A stretch of DNA of 64,000 nucleotides from Schmidtea polychroa (taxonomy: Eukaryota): the NCBI GenBank assembly GCA_044892525.1, contig CM097885.1, positions 21,888,001-21,952,000 of the forward strand, read 5' to 3'. Below, piece by piece: positions 1-13,500 of the stretch. The first letter of the stretch is position 1; every line of letters begins with the position of its first letter. The notes below the pieces were generated by a model that was not told the origin of the DNA, made no database searches, and was given only the letters and a program-made list of their open reading frames with translations. The position numbers and the translations under genes are program-made.

Positions 1-835
1 GTAGAAATATTTGGTGAGAGATCGGTTAAGATGGGATATTGTTGGTTAAATTTAATGAGGGATGGGTTAAGATGGGAATATATGATCTTTTGAGGGGATA
101 TAGTCGGTTAGATTTAATGAGAGATCGGATAAGGTAGGAATATATCATTGTAAGGGAGATATAGTCGATTGAATTTAATGAAGGATGGGTTAAGATGGGA
201 ATATAGTCGGTTAAATTTAATGAGACATGGGTTAAGATGGGAATATATGATTTTTTTAATGGTGATGTTGGTAAAATATCATTGTTTTAAGGGAAATGTC
301 AATTAGTCAGTTATGTATCAATAATAATTATATTGTTTTATTAGGTTGTGATTAATTCATTGTATATTAATTTAGATTTATGTTTTAGAACAATGTTCTA
401 TTAAGTAGGGATAATGATCGATTTACTTGGTTTTGACGATGAAAACTTTACAGATAAATGGGATTGATATCAACTTTAAATTATTTTTATCTTTATTTAG
501 ACGGACAACGACAAAAGTTGAGAAATATGGACTTAAAACATTGACTAAATAAAATTGATCTTTATTGGAAGAAATCTTGATTTTAATTAGTAATTAAATC
601 GGTTGAATATTGGTAAAAATGATCATTTGAAGAAATATATTTTATTGAATGGATAAATTTAATCTTTCAATGGGACCTAGTCAGTTATGTTGTAGTAATA
701 TTTATTTAAAATATCGAGTACAGTGATTAACAAAAAATTAATTATAACCAGTTTTATCATTAGATTTTATAAATTATTTAGGGTTAATGATTTTACATGT
801 TTTATAGGGAAATATTCGTGATAATACGAATTAAA

Positions 836-1160
836 GTTAGAATTATAGTCATTTAAAGGGGATTTTAAGGAATCTTATTAGTCTGAGGGGAATATATGAT
901 CCTTTACGGGTACTTATCATTAAAATATCAATCTTTAAATATTGATATATTTAGGGGAAATGATGCTTTTTAGATGATTTTAATGAATTATTTGTAATAA
1001 TATGAATTAAGGGTTGAAATATAGTCATTTAAGGGATTTTAAGGAATCTTATTAGTTTGAGGAGAATATATGATCTTTAACACGTATTTATCATTAAAAT
1101 ACCAATCTTTAAATATTGATATATTTAGGGGGAAAATGATGCTTTTTAGATGATTTTATT
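836..1160. repeat. ~177-bp tandem duplication (2 copies)
   Basis: ATAGTCATTTAA..GGATTTTAAGGAATCTTATTAG...GATGCTTTTTAGATGATTTTA occurs at ~845 and ~1021. Confidence 0.85.
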
Positions 1161-1933
1161 GGAGAATTCACTTGGATATACCAATTATTGTCATTTGAAT
1201 GAATTTACTGGTTTGTTAGATGTTATCATTAGTTATCTAGTCTCTTTTGGAATTTAATGATAAATATTTTTATTGTAGATTGCTGACTTTGATAATTGTA
1301 ATGAATTTATACTGATTTTTTGAATATATTGAGAAATCAGTCAATCAATTTGAGTACATGTATTACTTTTACAAAAATAATTAAAATTAATTTTATTTCA
1401 ATTAATTTATTCAATCTAAATCAATTATCTACTAGATTTTATCTTATTAATTTATTAACTTAGTTGATTCAACTTGAATGATCAGTATTTTATTTTATTT
1501 ACTGGATGATTAGAATTTTTTTTCTTGTCCATTAATTAAATTTTTATGATATTTATTTCGAATAATTTATATTTTTTACAATAATTTAATCAATTTTTAC
1601 CTAGTTATTGATGCCTTGAGTTCAAATAATTTTTCATCCAATTTTTCAAGTGAAGAGTATTTGCTTTTAAAGATCAATTTGTTAGTACATAGTTGTTGGT
1701 TGTAAGTAGTTGGTTGACTTTTTAGATTTTGATAAGAAAATAGTGTATGCGATGAAGAATATTTTGTATTTGGTAGTTGGTACAGTGTTGTTTACTGATT
1801 GTTGTTATATAGTTTTAGGTTGATATTTGTTAATTTCTCGATGGGTTTTGATGGTGGTTGTTAGTAGTTGTTGTTTGAAACCTAGTGGTTAGTACTTAGT
1901 AGCTAGTTAATGGGTAGGTTGTGGTTGAGTGTT

Positions 1934-2038
1934 ACCAATACCCCTACGACTAGTACCTTTACGACCAGTACCCTTACGACCAGTACCCTTACGACTAATA
2001 CCCATACGACCAGTACCCTTACGACCTGTACCCTTAGG
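1934..2038. repeat. 15-bp minisatellite (ACCAGTACCCTTACG) x7
   Basis: Units directly visible; they explain the PVPLR pseudo-ORF at 1929-2132. Confidence 0.95.
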
Positions 2039-2534
2039 GGGTCAAAACATCCTGTCGGATAGACTAAGAGTATATATAATAAAACTGATCAACAATAAAT
2101 ATTTATTGAATGCGATTTTTACTTTGCAATAATAAGTCAGTAGTAATCAATTAAAAGAAGAATGTTTTGTAAATTAGAATTCATTAGTCTTTCATTGTAA
2201 TTTAAATTATTTTGAATTTCACGTGGTGTTTTAAAGTGGTTGAGTTGTGGTTTTTTGATGAAAATCAACATTTTTTGTTAAATTTGAAAAGGTTTTTCTA
2301 CTGATTGTAATTAAATATATTTTTGAAGATAGATAAAAAATTAATTTAAAAAGCATTTCATAAAGTACAATGAAGAATATTTAGTTGAGTGTAAGTAGTT
2401 AGTTGTAAGTATGTGGTTGTTTGAGAGTTAGTTAGTACGTGGTATCATGTTGAAAGTATTTGTTAGCACCTAGTTAAAAATAATCAGTAACCGATTGTTG
2501 GTAACTGTTTAATTATTATTATAATTATTATTAA

Positions 2535-2617
<83 letters not shown>

Positions 2618-2904
2618 CATTAAAATTTCCATTTAAATTTTCATTATAAATTACATTTCTCAAAAAAGTTGGTGGTTATTCAATCTTTTGATAATAAATT
2701 TAAAAATCTTACTTTAATTTACTCATTTAGCTTTAATTTAAAATTTGAACCATTGGATACTTAATTTTAAATTTTGAACCTTAATTTACTTATTTAAAAT
2801 TTTTAACTTTAATTTACCTAATTATTCTTTATTTCTTAATTTTACACCATAATTTACTAAACAACTAATTATAACCCTTATTTTCATATTTAACCAATAA
2901 TTTC

Positions 2905-3600
2905 ATGTGGTCATCTGGTTGTAAGTGTTTGGTATCTAGTTGACAGTACTAGGTATCTTGTACTTGGTTGTTAGTACTTGGTTGATAATGCTTAGTACCT
3001 GGTTGATGTTGGTTGTATGTACTTGGTATCATGTTGTAAGTAACTAGTTATAGATAATTAATGCTTAGTAGTTGGTAACTGGTTGTTAGTACTTGGTAGG
3101 TGGTAGTTAGTTGTTAGTAACTAGTTGTAGGTATCTGGTTGTTGGCGGTTGTTAGTACTTGGTATCTGGTACCTAGTTGGTTGATAATGCTTAGTACCTG
3201 GTTGTTGTTGGTTGTTAGTACTTGGTATCTAGTACCTAGTTGGTTGGTTGTTTTTGGTTGATAGTACTTGGTATCTAGTTGTAGGTTGTAGGTACTTAGT
3301 AGTTGGTAATTAATGCTTAGTACCTGGTTGATGTTGGTTGTATGTACTTGGTATCAGGTAACTGGTTGTTAGTATTTAGTTGTAAGTACTTGGTATCAGG
3401 TAACTAGTTGGTTGTAGGTACTTAGTAGTTGGTAACTGGTACCTGGTTGGTTGCTTGTTTTTGGTTGTTAGTACTTGTTAGGTGGTTGTATTTACTTAGT
3501 ATCATGTAACTAGTTGTTAGTAACTAGTTGTAGGTATCTGGTTGTTAATACATGTTCGTAAGTTACTGGTTGTTGGTACTAAGTTGTTGGTTTGTTGTTG
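2905..3600. repeat. Degenerate G/T-rich satellite (TAGTACTTGGTATC/GGTTGT motifs)
   Basis: Recurrent short motifs with strong G>C skew. Confidence 0.8.
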
Positions 3601-3879
3601 AATTATTATTAAAATTTGTCTTTGAAAAATATTTCATAAAAATTTTCATTAAAAATTATCTTAAAAATTTCCATCTAAAATTATCATTGAAAAATATTTC
3701 ATAAAAATTTCCATTAAAAATTACTTAAAAAATTATTCCATAAAAATTTCCATTAAAAATTACCATTGAAAAATATTTCATTAAAATTTCTATTAAAAAT
3801 TACTTAAAAATTATTTCATAAAAATTTTCATTAAAAAATTTCAATTCTCAAACACCTTCTATTATTTCAACTTTTGTTA

Positions 3880-4590
3880 ATAAATTTTAAAATCTTACTT
3901 TAATTTACTTTAATTTACTTATTTAAAATTTTTTACCATTGATTACTTAATTTAAAAATTCTTACTTTAATTTACTTATTTAAAATTTTTTACCATTGAT
4001 TACTTAATTTAAAAATTCTTACTTTAATTTACTTATTTAAAATTTTTTACCATTGATTACTTAATTTTAAAATTTGGACCTTAATTAACTTTAATTTAAT
4101 TTTTAGAACCTTAATTTACTTTAATTTATTTTTTAGAACCATAATTTACTTTAATTTAATTTTTTAGAACCTAAATTTACTTTAATTTTAAAATTTGGAC
4201 CATAATTTACTGTAATTTAATTTTTTAGGACCATAATTTACTTTAATTTTAAAATTTGGACCATAATTTACTTTAATTTAATTTTTTAGAACCATAATTT
4301 ACTGTAATTTAATTTTTTAGAACCATAATTTACTGTAATTTAATTTTTAGAACCATTATATACTGTAATTGAAAAATTTGGACCATAATTTACTGTAATT
4401 CAAAATTTTTGACCATTATTTACTTTAATTTAATTTTTTGACCCATAATTTACTGTAATTTAATTTTTTAGGACCATAATTTACTTTAATTGAAAAATTT
4501 GGACCATTATTTACTTTAATTTAATTTTTTGACCCATAATTTACTGTAATTTAATTTTTTAGGACCATAATTTACTTTAATTGAAAAATT
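3880..4590. repeat. ~30-32 bp (and ~53 bp) tandem satellite ACCATAATTTACTTTAATTTAATTTTTTAG
   Basis: Around 20 directly visible units. Confidence 0.9.
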
Positions 4591-4617
4591 TACCACGTTT
4601 TTAGTGTAGACCACCTA

Positions 4618-4950
4618 TTTCTCAGGACCAAGGAGACTCACCTCACTATAGTCTGAAAAATCCTTGGCTTTTTTAGTGGTAGTCGGATTTTTGTATTGAA
4701 AAATTTTTTTTGTATTGAAAATCCCAGGACCATCGAGACCCCCTCACTATGGTGTGAAAATTCCATGCTTTTTTATTGGTAGTCGGATTTTTGTATAGAA
4801 AAAAATTTTTTGTATTGAAAATCCCAGGACCATCGTTTTTGTATTGAAAAATTTTTTTTGTATTGAAAATCCCAGGACCATCGTTTTTGTATTGAAAAAA
4901 TTTTATTTGTATTGAAAATCCCAGGACCATCGATACCCCCTCACTATAGC
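4618..4950. repeat. Subterminal repeats (GAAAATCCCAGGACCATCG / TTTTGTATTGAAAA)
   Basis: 4-5 copies of CAGGACCA-containing units; they explain the repetitive ORF 4673-4930. Confidence 0.85.
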
Positions 4951-5884
4951 GTGGAACAATTGCGTAATAAAAAGTTGCAACAAAAAAAAATCGTGCAACA
5001 AAAAAAATCGTGCAACAACCCCCCCCGGCGGGGGTAATTGTTGCAGCGGGCTACTAACTACCTACTATATATATATATATATCATATATATCATATATAA
5101 CATCAACATTTCATTCTATTTTTTGAATTCAAATATTTTTTATTCTATTTTTGAAATTATTTCGTCAAAAAATTAATAATTTTAATTTAAAATTTGTCTT
5201 AAACTTTTCAGTTGTCTTATGGTTCTAACTGTGTGTGTGTCGTTATGGTTAAGGAAAAAGAAATCTTGTCGAAATAAATCTAAATAAGCGCATATGTAAG
5301 AAGAATAACCATGTCAGAAGAAAATGCACTAAAGCTTCAAGAATTTCTAAGTAAAAATACGAGGCAATAGAATATGCTTTTGTTGAGTATATCTAAGTGA
5401 TAAAATTGAATAATTACTAACGTGAGCAAAAGGAGTGGAGGAAAAATGTATAAAAAGAGATTATATTGTTCTAGAATTCTATGAAACAGGAGTAAAGGGT
5501 GGAATAAATGGATAAATTCCAAAAAATCAATAAAACCAAACAATGAAATACCACAAATCGAGGAAGGAAAAACAAATTAACTGAAATAAAAAAATGGACC
5601 ACCGAAAAAGGCGGAAAATAACACATCTTAAAATTGCATATCTCGACATCTTTCAAAGACAATAGAAGAAGTGGGAATATTGAAGAGAATATGCTGGCGG
5701 AAGAAAAAATTATCTGTAAGTGACATTAGATTGCAGGCTATAAAAGTGAAAAACAACTTGGATTAAGAGACACAATTTAAAAAAAGGAAAAAGACAAGTT
5801 AGACAACCAAGTATTGTTCAGTGAGGAAGCATTATTCGCATGCAGTAAGGAAATGTCAATATTTATATCTACTATTTTATTTTT

Positions 5885-6276
<392 letters not shown>

Positions 6277-7031
6277 AGAAAGAGCCACTAAACATTTGTT
6301 TTACGAAATATTTCGACAGTTTTCTTGTCATGCTCAGGTAGAATAGAATAAATATAGAAATTATTTATTATTGAATAAATTCATTAATTATATTATTTTT
6401 TTAATTCCATTTAAATTTGTAATTTTTATTTATTTGTTATGATAACTTTGTAAGGATATTGAGATCAAAGTGCGTTTGATTTGCTCACAATAAAAATATA
6501 TGATTTCTAAGACAAATATGTAAAATATTTGATTATCAATTATTATACAATAAATAAATGCAAAAATATAAAATTATATTAAAAATTGATAAAAATGCTT
6601 TAATGAGGAAATTAAACTAGGACATTTGATATAAATATTTTAAATAATAATCTTATTTCAGAGTCTTCACACAATTACAGTTGAAAGATTTATGAAACGG
6701 ACACCAACCAGCTCGTTAAATTATCTACATGCTACATTTCTTACGAACAAATGCTCAGTTACCAATTAAAGCATTCCAACGAAGCCAAAAAATAATCAGA
6801 TTGGTAATTGTAATTGTTTATTTTTAGGATGAGAATTTCCTCTTAAAATTGGTAAATTTTGAATCTCAAAGACCTCGGATAAAAAAGGAAAATCACATCA
6901 GATACAAACATTCAAAAATTACGTTTATTTATCATTCGATGGAGAAATCGATTTTCAGATAGTATTGAAATAAAAATGTAATGTTATCGATTAAAATTAA
7001 ATTATTGTAAAAATATAAACTAATTAAGATA

Positions 7032-7134
<103 letters not shown>

Positions 7135-8183
7135 TAGAGTAAGTGTGTGGATAATGTACAAATACAATCGATTATAAAATTATATGTATGAAAAAATATT
7201 TCCTAAATACATCAAATGAATTATATAAGTGTATTCATTTGCCCAAGGTGTTTATTACTTCATCGCCTGCTTCATTATTGAGGTATTTTCAGTTGGGTAT
7301 TATTTTTCTTAGTCTCCTGAGCTAGAGGCATTGCTGTTTGAAATAAGCTGTCTTTTTGCAATGTTACAATTCTTCATTTTTTTGCATTTGCTCATATTCT
7401 TAGCGGTTTTGGTTATAATTATTATGTAAAAAATTTTTTTTCTCTATAACAATTGATTTGATAATATTCGCTTTGGCTCGCTGTTGTTAGTTGTTCTGTA
7501 TTTTAAATTCGGAGTTGGAGGCATTTACATAGTTTCTTTTAAAGGCTTCACAATGGTACCGTGGATTTCAATGATTTTCTATCTGTTGATTTCTTTTTTC
7601 AATATTTGTATCTTTAAGTTTATTGTAACATTTTCAACGAGTCCATCGATGTTCTTAAACGAAACCTCAAACTGGTGCATTTTTAATTCTTCGTTTTGAA
7701 AGTTTCCCTAAAGAATTTTCGATATCTTCTTGAAATCTTTCATAACATTTCACTGTTTCTGTAGACATAAATACTCCGCAATTTTCTTCCACAAAGGTTT
7801 CCAATTCTTTTTCAATGTTAGGGTTTTGATTTTAAAATAAATACATTGAGTGTATGATTTGATATATTTTTTATTAAATACCTTGAGCAAATGCAACTAT
7901 TTATTCATAACATATAAGCATTTTACAATTAAATATTGTAAAATCGATGCAAATATTTGAGATAAACATTATTTCATATTTATAATTATATAATAATATT
8001 ATTAATAACTCATCAAAAATGATGGAATTAATGGTGGAAATCGGACAAAATATGGATCATTCGATAGAGGAAAGTCGATTTTCAGATAACATTAAAATAA
8101 AAATGCCATGTTGTCGATCAAAATTAAAAGTTATAATAAAATTTGCTATTTGGTGATTTTAATTAAGCGTTAATCATTCATTC

Positions 8184-8454
<271 letters not shown>

Positions 8455-8498
8455 GGAGAATTATGTATTTAGATATTTATATATAGTATTATCGAAAA

Positions 8499-10442
8499 TT
8501 ATACTTCTTTCTGAGGCATTTCATTGATATCGATAGAGACATCTTTGGAATCGGCTATCATAAATTTGAGTTCCAAAGACCATACAAGTTTAAATATGTC
8601 GAAATTGAGCGAAGGATACTGCTCATTCGGTATATAAATGATTATTGGATAAACATCTATGCACATACATTCATGAAAATATGGTCCGAATTCCTTTGAA
8701 GATAAAGACAATTCAAAAGGCTCTATATCATATTTTTGATAAAATTCAATTCTGTCAGCTTCAATTTACCTTCCTGATCATTTTCCACTGGAATAAGTAG
8801 CTTTTCGGTGGATTTTAAAGTCACTGAGAATCGTATACATGTGATTGGTGAATCAGGAGCGAAATTTAATACAAGTCTCACAGCGTCACCAACATATATT
8901 TGTGGCCTCAATAATGCTAAGTAGCACAAAATGGAATTCTGATATGTAACTTTGTATCGAGAGGCTGCATAATTTTTTTTAAAACAAATAATTCAATGGA
9001 TAATAATAATTCATGTCATTTAATGAATCAATTCAACAGGTTCACCAATGCTCATCAATTACGAACAGTTTCGATATAAATTATGTAATATTAGAGAGAG
9101 AAATTAATTTATAATATACTCCAGTTTGCAATTAATTAAATGAGGTATTGAATGAGACATAAATTAAATCTATCATAGATAAACATAGGAACAAGACAAA
9201 ATAGGATAATCAAAAGGTCTAATCTCAAGATAAATAAAAATTCTAAACCAAAGGACATTAATGAATGATTAATATAAAATATAAAAAAATAAAATAAAAA
9301 CATACAATCCTATAATAAAAATACAAGTGGACATAAATTATGGGCACAATCATTTATTATGATCATTTTTAATTATGAAAATATGCAATTTGAGGATATT
9401 TTAAGAGCTTTATCACATTACACTTTTCATGGGTAGAAAAAGAGCAGAGGAGAAATGCCTATTATTGATTTAATAATATTCCAATTAAAACTCTTAGAAA
9501 TTTGAAAAAAATGATTTGTAAGATTACCGGAAATTATGGAAAAGATAAAATAAAAGCATCGAAAAACATAAGTTATAGTTGAAATTATTATATGTTAACT
9601 TTAAATTCTTTTAGCTATTCAGAAATTGATAAAAAACGATTGGTCGAAGTCATGGAATAAAGAGATATTTTAGTAATTGGAAAATTTCTTAAGTTACAAT
9701 TTTATTTGCACCTTAGATATTGTTAAAAGTTACCGTTAGCGAAGTATATGTGTATGCTTTATTATTGAATTAATTCTTATATTATATGATTTTCTCAATG
9801 TACCCTAAATAGCGTATGCTTACTAATTTTGGGATTTAGACATTTTTGGGTGTATTTTATGTTTATTTTAGTAGAGGGATATGAGCCCGCGAAACCACGA
9901 GCCCGCGGGGACAAAGACATTTTTTTTCAATGTCAAATTTTTTTTTAAATACATGAGCCCGCTGGGACAAAGACAATTTTATAGAGTTCCCGCCAATGGA
10001 ATTTTCTGAGCGATAACTTATTTTAAAGCTCAGTGCCAGACCTTTCGAATGAGGTATAGACATCCTTATTATCATTATTATTGGTAAAGATATTATTATT
10101 TTTTCAAAATATTATTATTTTTCAAGGTCAAATTTTTTTTCTTAAAAAACATGAGCCCGCGGGGACAAAAACAATTTTTTCAGATTTTTAGAGTTCCCAC
10201 CAATGGAATATATTAATCAATGACTTATTTTAAAGCTCAGTGCCAGACCTTTCAAACGAGGTATAAACATCCTTATTATCATTATTATTAGTAAAGATAT
10301 TATTATTTTTCAAGGTCATTTTTAAAATTTTGAGAGTTTCCGCGAACTGAATTTATTGAACGATGATTCATTTTAAAGCTCATTGCAAGAACTTTCGAAT
10401 GAACTATATATCTTATAATTATTATTATTATTTTCAAAGTTA

Positions 10443-10530
<88 letters not shown>

Positions 10531-13500
10531 ATCATCATAATCAAGTTTTATCATCAAGTTTTTTATAATAATTGATTTATAATAACGATTGAAACAACCT
10601 TAAAATAAAATCTACAAAACTACAAAAGGATAAAAGACGAAGATTCCAATAAATATCAGAAATAAAAGAAACCAAACTATCATGAGAATAAAATTATATT
10701 CGAAACAAAGTCCATATCGCAGATTTCGATATAAGTGCGTATTATATTTTTTGTCTTTCTAATAAAAGTTGTTATTGTTTGATTATTTGTATTTTATTTT
10801 TTTTACATTCGCTTACATATACTCATCCCGGCAGTCCCAACACAAGTTTTAAAGGTGACTCTGCTGGGCTCTATAGATTTTCCCCGTATAACATAGCATA
10901 CTATAACAATGCATGTACCGATTTTTGCATGTTTCGTCTATTTTTCTATCATATTTTGAAACCTATAATACATCAAAGCGCAATTGATAGAACCGATTTG
11001 GAAATTTAATTACCCCATATCAATAGTAATTTTGGTAAGTATGGATATAATTTTTTTATAATTTGTTTTTTTAAAAAAAAATTTCAAGAGATATATATTT
11101 TATTTCTAATAATTTTGCTGTTAAAAATTCTTGCAGTATTTTTGGGCAAAAATCTACACAATACTTTATAAATAAGCAGAGTTTAAAATATAGACTTATT
11201 TTTTTATGAGTTTTTTTTTTATATAGAAGTGTTGGTAGTGTGTAAACATCATAAATATCGTCACAAATATACAAATTGCCATTTAAAATTTAAAATTAGG
11301 AAGCTATTTATTGACCAATTGAGTGTATTTTTTATTATAGTGTTTTTCTTTTCACGTTATATTTTTTTTATTTTACTATATTGTAAGGTCCTATTTAATA
11401 TCAATTTTGTTAAAATAACACTTTTATTATAGGTTAGTTTTTTGATTTATTATTTTTAAATAAAGTCAATTATAGGCTATCAATTGTGCATTGATGTAAT
11501 TTGAAAGATTTAATTGATAATGAATTTTCAACATTCGAATAAGTTTGTATGTTTATTATAATATAAATTATTGATTATTTTATTATATAATATTGGTTTT
11601 TTTATTAATTGGGATGCATAATTTACACAATCTCCAAAACACATCACGCTGCAATGTAGATTTGAATGTGTTTCACGTTTATTATTGTTAGACGCAATCT
11701 AATTCAAGTCTTCAAGCATTTATTTTTATAACAACTTCAAAAATGTGCCGTTTATTAGCGTATTTAAACACCGAGGCGTGATAATTATTAATATTAATGT
11801 AATTACTGGTCATACATTTTATTGATTTAATTTAATATAATTTAATATAATATGATATAATTTAATATAGAATTTAAATATAAAAATTTAACAGAAATAA
11901 TTATTTCTACTAACTGATCTCACTTCTACCATTTAACCATAATAATTTTATATAGAGATTTACTAACTCCTTACAATTATAATTATCTGTTTGCATGAAA
12001 CAAAATTACTTCGTATAAATTATCAAGATTTTATAACAAATTATGGAAATTTCAGATGAGTTTGTATATGTCCGATATCCAAACAAAGAGGTTGAGGTTT
12101 TAAAATTGTTTTTTAACCTATAAAAAATTTTAATTATACTAAAATAAACAAGTAATAATTATCGTAGAAAAAATAAAAAAACTCCAATTTTCATTTGTAA
12201 AGTGAAATAGCTTGAAATTTTTTATGAATCGATTTTTATTAAAAAATAAAAAATTTTCATAAAATATCCATCACAAACCAAAATGTCATATATTTTTGGG
12301 TTCATTATTGTTTCTAATGAGAAAATTAATAGCCAGATCCTTTGTGTTCAATAATTAACTTTATAACTGATTATCATCACAAGATTACACAATATCTTAC
12401 TTTCTTTATACTGCGGTCGGTGAATTGTTTCGATTTAAATAAAAATTTCTTTGGTAAGTTTTTTAAATTCTAAAAAATCTAGCTATCTAAACACGGATTT
12501 ATAGTAATTTCTCTAATCAAAAATCGCATTTGATTTATAAAACATGAAAATTCAAAGCAATTTCTACTCAAACACTCTCATTTCTATTGAAATTTTAATG
12601 ATTTATAACAATTTTTGTTTATCAATTTTTAATGATTTACATGTTTTGTGTTTTTTAACACTCTAGGACAGGGCTTTTCAAACTTGGGTCCGTAAAATGG
12701 TCCGTAAACTAAGCGTAATAAAAATTAGGGGTCCCTTGTTTAAAAAGTTTGAAAAGCCCTGCTCTAGGAAGCTCCTGTTACATAAATATTATTTATAATT
12801 TATTTAATCTCTAGTCCTTGATTTCCATAGTTTCTTCTTGAGTTTATTGATTATTTCTCTTTGATTTAATTAATTTTGTGTAGAATAGATCAGATCGATT
12901 TCACTAACTATTAACAATTCCAATAATTTATTTAATCAAATGTAAATATTTATTATTCAATGATTCATTTTATTGTAAAAATTTTACATAAATGTTAAAC
13001 TGTAAATTTTTTTAATTTTACTGAATTATATTTTTAATATTGTGCAAATAAATTTAAAATTTGGACAGAAAATAACTTTCAAAAAGTATTTTTAAACGTC
13101 TTATTTCCTATTGTTCATTGTAAGAAGGAACGAATCATTTGTAGTAGAGGCAGAATGATTTTCTGCTGAAAATTAGCCTCAAGCCCAGAAGTACAATAAT
13201 GAATTCTTTCCTAAACCAGTTCTGTTCCGCTATTCTTATTTTAAAAACGGAAAATAAAGAAGCCCCATATGTTGGCTAAGGTACTCAAAGAAAAAGGTGT
13301 TATTGCACTCTGATAAGGTACGTGAAAATGTAGCACTTAGAATGTAAATAGAAGGATTCTAAATTGTTTGAGAAATGATTTATGACCAAAAAGACTCCCT
13401 GCAAAAAGAAAGACATAATAATATAAGGATGCAAATTTGAAGGTTTCTTGTCTCATTTTGGTCCAACGGTAAAATGGACATAACTTTTTTGGATGAAGCG

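Larger units (their letters stand above)
1..5066. mobile_element. Satellite-rich terminal region of a large DNA element, Polinton/Maverick-like end (other end outside window)
   Basis: Nested tandem arrays end abruptly at a GC hairpin (5011-5045) and ...CTACTAACTACCTACT followed by (AT)n. The minus strand begins AGTAGGTAGTTAGTAG, matching the 5'-AG micro-repeat termini of Polintons. No polB or integrase visible. Confidence 0.35.

Noticed and set aside
5011..5066. Helitron 3' end interpretation of the hairpin
   Set aside because: No CTRR terminus after the hairpin; the end fits AG...CT micro-repeat termini better.
5310..5770. Possible pogo/Tigger CENP-B HTH remnant (KKLSVSDIRLQAIK)
   Set aside because: Too degraded; no TIR or DDE segment found.
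7200..7890. Coding-like minus-strand segment, possibly the missing RGP1 3' exon
   Set aside because: Stops and frameshifts, no valid acceptor, no RGP1 C-terminal similarity.
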